From a virus: 64,000 nucleotides of DNA. Below the pieces are notes generated by a model, which saw only the letters and a list, made by a program, of their open reading frames with translations, searched no databases and was not told where the DNA came from. Position 1 is the stretch's first letter, and each line of letters opens with the position of its first letter. The translations under genes were made by a program, and so were the position numbers. Positions 1 to 8,962 of the stretch are shown here, piece by piece. Where the stretch lies: IMG/VR virus record IMGVR_UViG_3300043571_000425; one strand, given 5' to 3'.

Positions 1-2
1 AC

Positions 3-497
3 TTTGACCAGGTAGGCTATCACTGGACAAACGATCTAGACCCGTCGGTTGATGCAGATTTTAACCTTGACGCGGCTGATCCAAAGTCATGGGAACAACT
101 GCCTGAAGCTGATTGGATTATCACAAATCCGCCATTTAATGCAGCTTTACCAATTCTCAAAAACAGCTTAAATCATGCGCGATTGGGCGTGGTTTTCTTC
201 CTAAGACTATCGTTTGTCGAACCAACAGAAGAACGCGGACAATGGTTGTTTGCAAACCCTCGCAATTTAGATTTAATTTACCCAAGATTCAAATTTAGAA
301 AACGTAAGGATGGTAAGCAATGGCAGACGGATTCAGTGCCAATTATCGCTATGATTTGGCGCAAAGATTCAGATGAAAGATTAGGATCAATCACCATTCC
401 CCAATCACATATTTTGGGGTTTCACGACAACCCTGAGAATGCGCCAAGTTTTGATCGGCAAGTGGAAATTTTGCGACAAGTTCAGTCTAATACTTAG
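3..497 (+). CDS. DNA N6-adenine methyltransferase, C-terminal part (5' end outside window)
   Basis: Frame 3 is open from the window edge to TAG 495-497. Nt 111-137 translate to DWIITNPPF, the NPPF catalytic motif IV of amino-methyltransferases. The listed ORF 183..497 is only the part after an internal start codon. Confidence 0.7.
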   Translation, partial: FDQVGYHWTNDLDPSVDADFNLDAADPKSWEQLPEADWIITNPPFNAALPILKNSLNHARLGVVFFLRLSFVEPTEERGQWLFANPRNLDLIYPRFKFRKRKDGKQWQTDSVPIIAMIWRKDSDERLGSITIPQSHILGFHDNPENAPSFDRQVEILRQVQSNT

Positions 498-563
498 GAG
501 GCGATTAATCATGGATACATTGCTAATCTCGCTACATCCGCGCCAAATTAGGAGTTAAATTCA

Positions 564-1931
564 ATGGATGATGACGATCTAATCCCCTGGAATCCTGCCC
601 ATTTCGGACACACGGATTTTCAAAAAGAAACCGACGGGCAACTAACAATCTTCTTTGAAGACACGAACGAACCACCAGACCCGGACGATTTCGCCAGTAT
701 TGCAGACTACGAAATCGCCTGGACTGAATGGGAACAAACACAAACTTTACCACAAGAGGGCAAACAAATGACATTCAATATCACAACACCGTTTGACAGC
801 GAAATCGAACAACTCAAAGCTAAATTAGCGGAACTGGAAACCCAAAAGCACCGCGTCTCTACCTGTGCGAATAGGATTGTTGAGCAGATTGGGGAATGTG
901 TTGTTGAGATGAAAGAAGCGGGGGTAGGAAAGGATAGTTTATTTTCGTGGGCTGAAACAATTTTCAGTACAATCACCGGAGACTTTTTGCCTCAAGAAAA
1001 ATTAAATGAATCTCAAGATCAGATTGACGATTTAACCAAAGAGCGTAATGAGGCACTACAAAAAATCACCGATTTAACTGCGGCCAGTTTACGAGTTTCT
1101 GAAGAATTGAAAGGTGTCCGCGACAGTTTAGCGATCGCCAATCAAGAATCTTTTGACGCTCGGAAGGAATTGGCGGATCTTGAACTAAAGCGGTTGGACA
1201 TAAACCAAGAAACTTCTAGCAGCAATTTAATTGAAGGCTACAAAAAGACCATTGTAGAGTTAACTATCGCCAATCAAAAAATAACTGAAGAGTTGTTAAA
1301 ACTACGCGGTGAATTACCATTAGTGGAATTGGTAAAGCACATGGAAGAAACTAGCACTCAACCCGAAGAATCAGAGAAAGATCCGCGCCAAAACGCGGCA
1401 TTTTTAGAGGCTACAAACAATCAAGAAATTGTCTCAGAATTTCTCAGAAAACTAGACAGAATCGCCCGTGTTGATAAGTTGGATTGGGTGAAAATCAAAG
1501 AACTCCCTCTCAATCTTGAAACCATGCGGGAGTTAGGATTGCAAGTAAGTTCTAAGTCCAAAACCCACAAATACCTATTGGAACAAATGCCCGTAATGTG
1601 CGCCAAGTACATTGAAGAGACTGGCGATAGTTCGGATTTAGATTGGTTGCCAGGACATTTTGTGGAGTCAGTTCGTGAGGCTTTAGTAGAGATTGACAGT
1701 GAATCAACAGGTGAGGAAGATGAGGAAGTAAAAAAGTCTCCTCGATCTACGTCCCTTTCTGAAGTAAAACCAGTATTCCAGCGTGGTGATATTGTCCGCC
1801 ACGTAATCACAAATCAACAATTCACGGTATTAGACGTTAATAACGAATGGTTGAACGTCCAGGACTCTGAGGGACTAACCGATATGTGGCAAGCCTCCAA
1901 TCTTGAATTAGTTGCAGAATTAGCCGCATAA
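564..1931 (+). CDS. hypothetical acidic coiled-coil protein
   Basis: 455-aa ORF with a very acidic N-terminus (MDDDDLIPW, EPPDPDDF) and a long E/K/L-rich central region. It is followed by a rho-independent terminator. No family recognised. Confidence 0.6.
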   Translation: MDDDDLIPWNPAHFGHTDFQKETDGQLTIFFEDTNEPPDPDDFASIADYEIAWTEWEQTQTLPQEGKQMTFNITTPFDSEIEQLKAKLAELETQKHRVSTCANRIVEQIGECVVEMKEAGVGKDSLFSWAETIFSTITGDFLPQEKLNESQDQIDDLTKERNEALQKITDLTAASLRVSEELKGVRDSLAIANQESFDARKELADLELKRLDINQETSSSNLIEGYKKTIVELTIANQKITEELLKLRGELPLVELVKHMEETSTQPEESEKDPRQNAAFLEATNNQEIVSEFLRKLDRIARVDKLDWVKIKELPLNLETMRELGLQVSSKSKTHKYLLEQMPVMCAKYIEETGDSSDLDWLPGHFVESVREALVEIDSESTGEEDEEVKKSPRSTSLSEVKPVFQRGDIVRHVITNQQFTVLDVNNEWLNVQDSEGLTDMWQASNLELVAELAA

Positions 1932-2000
1932 GGTATATTATCGGTATATCTATAGAAGAACTGATATACCGAAACCCAGATTACACCCCAATCACTCCTA

Positions 2001-2029
2001 ACCACCTCTGCGCGGGGGTGGTTTTTTTA
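2001..2029 (+). terminator. rho-independent terminator
   Basis: ACCACC(2001-2006)...GGTGGT(2017-2022) GC-rich hairpin followed by T7 (2022-2028), directly after the 564..1931 gene. Confidence 0.75.
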
Positions 2030-2054
2030 TTGGGGAAATCTCAAATAAAAAACT

Positions 2055-3539
2055 ATGCCAACACTAGAAGCACTTAAACGCCGTCATCCTGAACATATCC
2101 AATTTTGCGAGTATTGGGAATTGCTCACCGCAGTAGTTGAGGGTGGCGACTCAATAACCGATGTTATGAAACGGAAGTTACTCCCCAACCCTGACGGCAG
2201 GCCAGAGGAAATCATGAAGGAGCGGGTCAAGCTGGCGACGTACTGCAATAAAATCTCACCAATTTTGAGCCGCTTCAATTCAGAACTTTTTAAAAACCCG
2301 GCTGTACCAACTGGCAGTAATGACCCGTTTTGGAGTGATGAGTTTTTAAAGAATGGCGCATTATTAGAAGGTGACGACGACGGGCGGGCATCGTTCAATA
2401 CTTTCTTGATGAATAGTATGTTTATGGCGTTAACGACTGGTAAAGCTATTGCACAAATAGATACTAAATCAGCGGTTGGGGCGGTTTCGCTTGCACAGCA
2501 AAAAGAGTCAGGAGAGTTAAATCCGTATGTAATTCTCCACCCTAGAACTGCTTTATGGGATTGGAAAAGCGGACGGGACGGGTTCAGTTTTTGCAAATTA
2601 CACCAGTTTCAATTAGTGCAGCAAACGTGGGATAGTGCGCCAGTTCCACAGCATATTTTTACTATTTTTTACCGTAGAGACGGGGCGGTTTTTACTTCTA
2701 AATATATTGCTAGGTTAATTCCCAAAGACAATAAACCCGTACCGCCAAATCCATTTATTAACACGGCAACTGATAAAGAAATAACGATTGAAACTGTTAT
2801 CGAAGACCAGCCAATTTTCAATGTGCGAGGTAAGTTTGAATTTCCAATCGTTACTCTGACTTTACCTAAATCACTATGGATGGCGGCGCAATTGTTTGAT
2901 TGTCAAAAGTCGTATTTCAATCAAACCGCAGCGATGGAATACGCGCTTTACACAAATAATTACGCAATGCCCGTGATTACGGGCGTGGACGATGAAGATG
3001 ATGATCCACTGCAAAATCGGAAAATGGGAGACGGGTATTATCTGACTCTGAAAACCGGACAATCAATAACATCATTTGAACGTAGCGGGGCAAATATTCA
3101 AACTGCCATTGGGTATCGTTCCGAGATTAAACGGGATATTTATGATGTTTTGCAGCAAATAGCCATGAGTGCGTCTGATGGCGCGGCTATCATTGCCCGT
3201 TCTGGAGTCTCTAAGGCTGAGGATAGAAGGCCAGAAGAAATCCTGCTAGAACGCTACGGACAATGTGTTAAGGAATTTGTTTTGCAAGTTTTGAAACCCG
3301 CAGCGATCGCTCACGGGGAATTAGTTGATTGGGAAATTACAGGCTATGACGAGTTTCTGGGGTTTTCACTGACAGAACTTTTAGAGGATATGGCTCTCAT
3401 TGACGCTGCAAATATTCCGTCCCCAATATTTAAAAAGGAAGTGCAAAAGCATTTTGTGAAACGGGCTGCCAGAAGTTATGACCTTGATCCGCAAGCCGTT
3501 CAATTGGCACTTGCGGAAATTGACGCAACGGATTTGTGA
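2055..3539 (+). CDS. putative portal protein
   Basis: 494-aa ORF of portal-typical size, upstream of scaffold-like and capsid-like genes, with an acidic DDEDDD loop. The call rests on size and position only, with no motif proof. Confidence 0.5.
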   Translation: MPTLEALKRRHPEHIQFCEYWELLTAVVEGGDSITDVMKRKLLPNPDGRPEEIMKERVKLATYCNKISPILSRFNSELFKNPAVPTGSNDPFWSDEFLKNGALLEGDDDGRASFNTFLMNSMFMALTTGKAIAQIDTKSAVGAVSLAQQKESGELNPYVILHPRTALWDWKSGRDGFSFCKLHQFQLVQQTWDSAPVPQHIFTIFYRRDGAVFTSKYIARLIPKDNKPVPPNPFINTATDKEITIETVIEDQPIFNVRGKFEFPIVTLTLPKSLWMAAQLFDCQKSYFNQTAAMEYALYTNNYAMPVITGVDDEDDDPLQNRKMGDGYYLTLKTGQSITSFERSGANIQTAIGYRSEIKRDIYDVLQQIAMSASDGAAIIARSGVSKAEDRRPEEILLERYGQCVKEFVLQVLKPAAIAHGELVDWEITGYDEFLGFSLTELLEDMALIDAANIPSPIFKKEVQKHFVKRAARSYDLDPQAVQLALAEIDATDL

Positions 3540-3550
3540 TGCGATCGCTA

Positions 3551-3985
3551 TTAGACCATCAATTCTTCCACATCGCTCACTAAAATAGCTCCATATCCTG
3601 CCAATTCAGCAGGGCTTATTAATATTTGTGCTTGATAATTAGGGTCTAATTCAGTTCTTTGAAGTAAAGCTATGATGGCATCAAAACTTCCCTGACTTAA
3701 TTTCCCACCACGCTTTAAAGTGGTCAGATTCCCAACAATCCAATCAGGTCTATTCTGATTAATTGCGTCAAGAATCTTATCGTAAATTGGACTCTCAGCT
3801 ATAGCTAATACTTCATTGTCAGCAACTACATCCGATACTTCCTCTAAGGTAGTTGTCACAGGGACTTGTCCTATAGGAACTGGATTATTAACTAATACCT
3901 TATCGTTTAAATATGAAGTTAATTCCCTAGCAGACAATTCAGGGAATTGTGCAATTTGAGAAAGCAGCCATTGTTGTTTTGTCAT
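3551..3985 (-). CDS. hypothetical protein
   Basis: 144-aa ORF convergent with the portal-like gene. No recognisable motif. Confidence 0.5.
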   Translation of the reverse strand: MTKQQWLLSQIAQFPELSARELTSYLNDKVLVNNPVPIGQVPVTTTLEEVSDVVADNEVLAIAESPIYDKILDAINQNRPDWIVGNLTTLKRGGKLSQGSFDAIIALLQRTELDPNYQAQILISPAELAGYGAILVSDVEELMV

Positions 3986-4052
3986 GATTTAATCAGCTAT
4001 AGGAGGAGTAAATTTAAAAGGATGGTTGCTCGCCTGCTGTTTCTAAAAACTG

Positions 4053-4196
4053 GAGTTTGGACTAATTTCTTCGGCTAAAGCTTCAGACGCAAGCTGAGAG
4101 AAGGTTTCAGGCTTTAGAAGTCTCCTTTGGATTCGTAAGTTCCAATGCTTATCTCGTAAGGGTTTCAGGCTATGGAAGTCAATTTAGTCCAAACTC
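4053..4196. repeat. structured intergenic element: 13-bp inverted repeat enclosing two 22-nt direct repeats
   Basis: GAGTTTGGACTAA (4053-4065) is the exact reverse complement of TTAGTCCAAACTC (4184-4196). Inside lie AAGGTTTCAGGCTTTAGAAGTC (4101-4122) and AGGGTTTCAGGCTATGGAAGTC (4159-4180), which match at 19/22 and are spaced 58 nt apart. On the minus strand the outer stem is followed by CAGTTTTTAG. Confidence 0.6.
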
Positions 4197-4652
4197 AAAT
4201 AAATACTCCACCATTGAGAATCCGTAAAAAGTGCTTGAGTCTGACGACCCACTTGCAGAAGCAGAAAGACGCCGAATAGTGACTTCGACATTTACCGCAG
4301 TAGCAGGAGCAGTAAAAGAAAAATCCGTAGTACTAACTGCAAAAGTGGCAACAAATCCACTCAAAGTTGTACCATTATTCGACCAACTTACGACTATGTC
4401 CCACGCTCCAGATGTTGGAGATGCCGCCTGTGGTGATGTAACTCTATAACGTTTATTTGGTGTTACATTTGCGCGATAAGACCATCCATTAAATACCCCC
4501 GAAGTTGACGTGAGGACATTTCCAGTACGAGACATAGGATTCCAATTATCATAGGCACCGCGTGAATAGCCCTGTCCAGAAAATAATTCGGTTCCCCATC
4601 TCGGTGTCCACAACTTTCTACCCAACACCACCATTCTTGTAGAAGCTCTCAT
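4179..4652 (-). CDS. hypothetical protein (co-transcribed with fiber-like gene)
   Basis: 157-aa ORF whose ATG overlaps the stop of 4649..5719 (ATGA coupling). Its last codons form the right arm of the 4053-4196 inverted repeat. Confidence 0.55.
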   Translation of the reverse strand: MRASTRMVVLGRKLWTPRWGTELFSGQGYSRGAYDNWNPMSRTGNVLTSTSGVFNGWSYRANVTPNKRYRVTSPQAASPTSGAWDIVVSWSNNGTTLSGFVATFAVSTTDFSFTAPATAVNVEVTIRRLSASASGSSDSSTFYGFSMVEYLFEFGLN

Positions 4653-5719
4653 ACAGCAAAGCTCCTTGCGCGAACAGTAAAACTTTCACTATTGGCAGCA
4701 GGGGCAAATGCTCCATTAGTAACCACATATCCAAACAGAGAAGTTCCAGTTAGTTTATAAAGTTGGTTTAGGTTTCTCTCTTCAGCAACTACACTACCAC
4801 CACCCTGAGCCAGTGATGCAGACAATGCGATACCTCTAGGATTCATAATACTAGCTCTATCTCCAGAAGATAAAGAAAAAGCTAGATTATCTGCTATAGC
4901 AGATGGTGGAGTAACATCGTATAGATATACCGTAAAGCTACTCATACCACTAGGGACTGCTGTGATATTAAAAATAATATCTAAGCTTTCAATAAATACA
5001 AATCCGCCACTAGCACCAATATTTGTTAACTCAAATACACCGCCATAAACATCATTAGCCGTATACGGTGTAACGTTAGCAGGTCTTGTTACTAACCTCG
5101 ACGCAACATAAGCTAGTCCTGCTGGTGCAGTAGCCATGCTTACAGGTTGTGTTGCTTGCCAGAATGTACCGTCTACAGTAATACTACCGCCTGCATCGCT
5201 TATTGGAATAGGATTACCGACATCATTAGCTATTTCTAAAGCAGGTGCAGTCCCTATATTAAAAGTAGGTGTAGATGTAAATGCTGGTAATGTACCACTG
5301 ATACCCACAGAGGTTGGTGGGGTAAGTGTGGTAATTTGTGCGGCTGGTAAAACAACTGGCACGCTTGCGGTAGCTAGAGCCTGCCCTAATACTGGAGTTT
5401 TGGTGTCAATATTAGATAAAGATGTATTGGCGGTAGTTTGTAAACTACTAGTAGCAGCACCGCTTGGTAAAGGCAGGCTACTAGCACTTACAGGTTGTGT
5501 CGTTTGCCAGAATGTACCGTCTACAGTAATACTACCGCCTGCATCGCTTATTGGAATAGGATTACCGACATCATTAGCTATTTCTAAAGAAGCATTGCCG
5601 ACCGTGACATTTAAGCTACCAACTTCTACAGGGATTTTGCCGTTGGACAATACAGGGATGCGATCTCTCGTTACCCCCCAAATAGCTGACAACAAATCTT
5701 TGATATCTGATAAAGCCAT
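4649..5719 (-). CDS. putative fiber or decoration protein with an internal 116-codon-spaced duplication
   Basis: 356-aa Ala/Ser/Thr/Gly-rich ORF. The segment LEIANDVGNPIPISDAGGSITVDGTFWQ(T/A)TQPVS occurs twice. The function is inferred only from composition and repeat structure. Confidence 0.45.
   Translation of the reverse strand: MALSDIKDLLSAIWGVTRDRIPVLSNGKIPVEVGSLNVTVGNASLEIANDVGNPIPISDAGGSITVDGTFWQTTQPVSASSLPLPSGAATSSLQTTANTSLSNIDTKTPVLGQALATASVPVVLPAAQITTLTPPTSVGISGTLPAFTSTPTFNIGTAPALEIANDVGNPIPISDAGGSITVDGTFWQATQPVSMATAPAGLAYVASRLVTRPANVTPYTANDVYGGVFELTNIGASGGFVFIESLDIIFNITAVPSGMSSFTVYLYDVTPPSAIADNLAFSLSSGDRASIMNPRGIALSASLAQGGGSVVAEERNLNQLYKLTGTSLFGYVVTNGAFAPAANSESFTVRARSFAV
5139..5241. 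repeat. 103-bp direct repeat, copy 1
   Basis: Near-identical to 5487-5589. The offset is 348 bp (116 codons), in frame within the 4649..5719 gene. Differences are clustered in GTTGCT versus GTCGTT. Confidence 0.9.
5487..5589. repeat. 103-bp direct repeat, copy 2
   Basis: See copy 1 (5139-5241). Confidence 0.9.
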
Positions 5720-5739
5720 AAGTTTTCACATTTTAATTT

Positions 5740-5760
5740 ATATTTCCCGGTGGGAAATAT
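5740..5760. promoter_or_regulatory. perfect 21-bp palindrome in a 64-nt divergent intergenic region
   Basis: ATATTTCCC-GGT-GGGAAATAT lies between the start of the minus gene (5719) and the start of the scaffold-like gene (5784). It is a candidate operator. Confidence 0.4.
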
Positions 5761-5783
5761 ATTAAAAATTTTGATTCAACCTT

Positions 5784-6563
5784 ATGTCGCTAGAACCAGA
5801 AATCCTTGCAGCTATTCAAGAAGCCGTCAAAGGCACGATAACAGAAGTTGTTAAGCCCCTATCAGAACAGCTAGAAAAAGTCCAGTACGACAACGGGAAG
5901 TTGACTGAAGCATTAACAGGGTTATCAACCTCAATCCCTAGCCAACTTGACGAACGGTTTGGGGCGATTAATCCGACCTTGGAATTTTTAAACGAACTCA
6001 GGAAAGAAGCCGAAGCGGAACAGCAGGAAAAACCCAAGAAACAATCTGAAATTGATGCAGCTTTAGTTAAAGCTAAACAGGAATACGAGGCTAAATTTAA
6101 CCAGCTTCAACGAGAACTTGAGGAACGGGACAAAGAAGCTCAAGCCCTCAGAGAAGCGGATCGCAAATCTCGCATGAGAAATGATGTATTAGGGCAGATG
6201 AGAGCGCTTGGTACGGTACGTCCAAATACGGAAGAGGATTTACTGACTCTCCTAGAAAAACGCGGTTTGATTGTCGAAGATGGCGATAAATTTTTCGTTA
6301 AATCTCAGGATAAATTTGGCGGACAAATTAACGCCGAATTTAAAGATATTCTACCCAAAATGCTGGAGTCAGATTTTGCTCACTTTGCCGTCCCGCGCGG
6401 TGGCACTGGCACGGATGGACAGCCGGGAAATCGTGCGCCTCAAACTTCTCAATATAACTTTGGTGGTATGACTGCTCAGGAAATTTACGACACTTACAGC
6501 AAAGATCCTGAAGCGATGAAAGCTTATAACCAACTACTCGAACAGCAGTTCGGGAAAGCTTAA
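5784..6563 (+). CDS. putative scaffolding protein
   Basis: 259-aa, highly charged, helical or coiled-coil-like protein (EAEAEQQEKPKKQSEIDAALVKAKQEYEAKFNQLQRELEERDKEAQALREADRK), immediately upstream of the capsid-like gene. Confidence 0.5.
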   Translation: MSLEPEILAAIQEAVKGTITEVVKPLSEQLEKVQYDNGKLTEALTGLSTSIPSQLDERFGAINPTLEFLNELRKEAEAEQQEKPKKQSEIDAALVKAKQEYEAKFNQLQRELEERDKEAQALREADRKSRMRNDVLGQMRALGTVRPNTEEDLLTLLEKRGLIVEDGDKFFVKSQDKFGGQINAEFKDILPKMLESDFAHFAVPRGGTGTDGQPGNRAPQTSQYNFGGMTAQEIYDTYSKDPEAMKAYNQLLEQQFGKA

Positions 6564-6590
6564 TTCAAATAATTCTTAAAAGGAATTTTT

Positions 6591-7910
6591 ATGCCACCAA
6601 CCTTTACCGCTAATGATGCACTTTTAGAAACTCGCATTGCCCAAAGTGCATTAACCCAATTAAACCTGATGGCGATGTACCCCCGTGTCGCTGTCACTAA
6701 CTACGAACCCGGGGCTTTTGAAGTTGGCAATGATGTTAAAATCCGTCGTCCCAAGCGTCGCCGTGCCACTGAATTAAATCCCCGTTCTGCGGCTGGTACT
6801 TTTAATGAAGCTGCGTTTTTCTCAGGTTCTATCACCTTAGAAAAACTTTGGTTTGATGGCTGGCAGACTTACGGAATTGATCCACGTCAAACCATTGAAA
6901 AATATTTAGCGGAAACTGGATCTCAAATGGCGGATGCGATCGCTACGCCAAATGATGAGTACATGAACTCATTATTCACTACTTGGACGGCAACGACTGG
7001 CACGGTGGCTTTAGGCGCTAACGCTCCGGTAGGTGTTGCGGCTTGTGTAGATTCCACTACTGGTGCATTGACCAATTTCAATAGTGCTGGGTTAGTTGGC
7101 GCGGGTGTAATTCTTGATAGAGAGAATGTTCCTAAAACTGACAGATTTGGGTTAATTTCCCCTGTTGCGGCTGGTGCATTCTTGCAGGATTCCGTAGCTA
7201 TTACCGGATTTGCGGCTGCAACCATTGGCGGTGGTCAAGCAATCCAAAATGGTTTTCAATCATTCCTACCCCGGTTTGGTTTCTTGGTTGGACAAAGTAA
7301 CGTCATTTCTAGCCAAGCTGGTGTTGCAGATTTAGACACTAACGCAGGTGTACAGGCAACTTTAGCGATCGCATCAGTTGCCGCTAATACTGATTTCACC
7401 TACGCTGACAACGCCGCAACTACCTCCGTCGGTGCGGTTAATTTAACCCTAACTTGTACCACAGCCTTATCTACTAGCGTGGCAGTTGGGCAAATTATCA
7501 GAATTGGTACAAGTGGCGTAGCTAAAGCATTTGGCGTGATTTTGAGGCTGGATAAAACCACAGCCACCGCGCCCGTCGTTACTGTTGTACCTTTCTCCCC
7601 CAATGGCGCAAAACTATTGGCAGCGCAAATCATTCCCGGTACTGACTTGTTTAGTGTGCCTAGTATCCCATCAATCAACACTGTCAACCACCGTGAAGGC
7701 TTATTGATGGCTACCCGTCGGATTGCTGAACCATCCCCCGGTAGTGGTGCGGTAGCTGCTTCAATTACCGACCCCGACACAAACCTGACCATTCAGGTAT
7801 TCCGGGGCAACTACGACACCGGAACAGTAAGCGAGAAAAACGCTTACTATATGCTGACTGGTTCTAAAATCAGCGACTTCCGTAAATGTGCGTTAATCCT
7901 ATCTCTGTAA
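6591..7910 (+). CDS. putative major capsid protein
   Basis: 439-aa Ala/Thr/Gly/Val-rich ORF, 27 nt after the scaffold-like gene. The call rests on position and size; homology has not been tested. Confidence 0.55.
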   Translation: MPPTFTANDALLETRIAQSALTQLNLMAMYPRVAVTNYEPGAFEVGNDVKIRRPKRRRATELNPRSAAGTFNEAAFFSGSITLEKLWFDGWQTYGIDPRQTIEKYLAETGSQMADAIATPNDEYMNSLFTTWTATTGTVALGANAPVGVAACVDSTTGALTNFNSAGLVGAGVILDRENVPKTDRFGLISPVAAGAFLQDSVAITGFAAATIGGGQAIQNGFQSFLPRFGFLVGQSNVISSQAGVADLDTNAGVQATLAIASVAANTDFTYADNAATTSVGAVNLTLTCTTALSTSVAVGQIIRIGTSGVAKAFGVILRLDKTTATAPVVTVVPFSPNGAKLLAAQIIPGTDLFSVPSIPSINTVNHREGLLMATRRIAEPSPGSGAVAASITDPDTNLTIQVFRGNYDTGTVSEKNAYYMLTGSKISDFRKCALILSL

Positions 7911-7913
7911 TTT

Positions 7914-8240
7914 ATGCCTATACTTTTTGCGCCAGACGGTCAAGGGGTACAGGTTCATGAAATGCAGGTAAATAGCTTTTTGCAGCAGGGGTACAGAACG
8001 ACTGACCCCACTGAAGTTAAACCCGCACCTAGACCAGTCACCCCGCCCAAAGAACCGGACACAAGCTTGATTTTGATTAATTCCGCATCCCTTAAAGATT
8101 TAACGGAAAAATTGGGATTGACAACAGCCCAATCTAAGGAGGTCAGGGACGGCAGACCCTATGCCAGTGTTGAGGATTTAATCGCCAAAATCCCCGCTGT
8201 TCAATGGACCACATTCACTAATTTAAGTTACGAGGTGTAG
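7914..8240 (+). CDS. small protein with helix-hairpin-helix-like C-terminus
   Basis: 108 aa. SLKDLTEKLGLTTAQSKEVRDGRPYASVEDLIAKIPAV resembles a ComEA-type HhH motif. Confidence 0.4.
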   Translation: MPILFAPDGQGVQVHEMQVNSFLQQGYRTTDPTEVKPAPRPVTPPKEPDTSLILINSASLKDLTEKLGLTTAQSKEVRDGRPYASVEDLIAKIPAVQWTTFTNLSYEV

Positions 8241-8241
8241 G

Positions 8242-8607
8242 ATGCTGACTGATCACGAAATCGGGTTGCTTTACGAAGTGTACGAAATCACCATGCGAGA
8301 TAATACCGTTGTCTCCGGTGGTAGTGGTCAGTCGCGCCTTATGCCGGATTTATTTAGCAGTGGGCAATCCATTCGGCAAAGACTGCAATCATCAATAGAA
8401 CAAATCAATCTTTTCCCCTCTCAAGTTGAGAGGGTTCAGGCGATTCTCGCAGAATTTGAAGAACTTAGCCTAGACCCTTCAAAAATAGATAAAGACGGCT
8501 ATCAATTACGCCCAGCTAATAATTTAGCCGCTATTAGGAGAAGGTTGTATATTTACACCGGGATACTATTTAATTCATCTGCCACCCAAAGACTATCAGT
8601 AGGATAA
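8242..8607 (+). CDS. hypothetical protein
   Basis: 121-aa ORF tightly packed after 7914..8240. Confidence 0.5.
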   Translation: MLTDHEIGLLYEVYEITMRDNTVVSGGSGQSRLMPDLFSSGQSIRQRLQSSIEQINLFPSQVERVQAILAEFEELSLDPSKIDKDGYQLRPANNLAAIRRRLYIYTGILFNSSATQRLSVG

Positions 8608-8957
8608 TGCTAATTTTATTGTTGCTATTACCAAACGGAATTAAACAAGAATATAGCTTTGAGGCTAATAGCAGCATAAAAATAGGTAGCGATCCTATCT
8701 GTGATGTCGTAATTCCTAGCGATATTGTTGATAAGGTGCATTGCACTTTAATTTTATATTACGACGATGTTTTTTATTATTTATTGTTTGATGGTGAAAT
8801 CCAGGGAAGCCCGTCTAATAGCGGCACTTGGGTTAATAATAAGAGAATTTTTCTAAGGCGTAAGGTCAACAATCGGGATGTAGTAACGTTTTCTGAAGAT
8901 TATATTTATCCCCATTTAATATTATTTCCTGATGGGAGGAGTATTGACGGAGTGTAA
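8607..8957 (+). CDS. FHA-domain protein
   Basis: IKIGSDPICDVVIPSDIVDKVHCTLI...LLFDGEIQGSPSNSGTWVNNKRI...NRDVVTF matches the FHA pattern (G-R/S...D..l....vS..H..l....D..S.NGT.vN...i...gD). The start overlaps the preceding stop. The local segment is AT-rich. Confidence 0.6.
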   Translation: MLILLLLLPNGIKQEYSFEANSSIKIGSDPICDVVIPSDIVDKVHCTLILYYDDVFYYLLFDGEIQGSPSNSGTWVNNKRIFLRRKVNNRDVVTFSEDYIYPHLILFPDGRSIDGV

Positions 8958-8962
8958 AATCA

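Noticed and set aside
4101-4180. Mini-CRISPR (repeat-spacer-repeat) on the minus strand
   Set aside because: There are only two 22-nt units, at 19/22 identity, with no similarity to the 37-nt repeat beyond a TGAAAC end. It is better described as an internal feature of a large hairpin, and is kept only as a structural observation.
5139-5589. Diversity-generating retroelement (template/variable repeat pair) in the fiber-like gene
   Set aside because: No reverse transcriptase gene occurs in the window. Both copies are coding and in the same gene. The few mismatches (GTTGCT versus GTCGTT) are not adenine-specific.
5136-5765. 209-aa plus-strand ORF antisense to the fiber-like gene, and similar antisense ORFs in terL (14745..15155, 15070..15363, 15227..15538)
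   Set aside because: The opposite-strand ORFs have recognisable protein features (Walker motifs in terL, repeat domain and ATGA coupling in the fiber-like operon). These ORFs are shadow frames.
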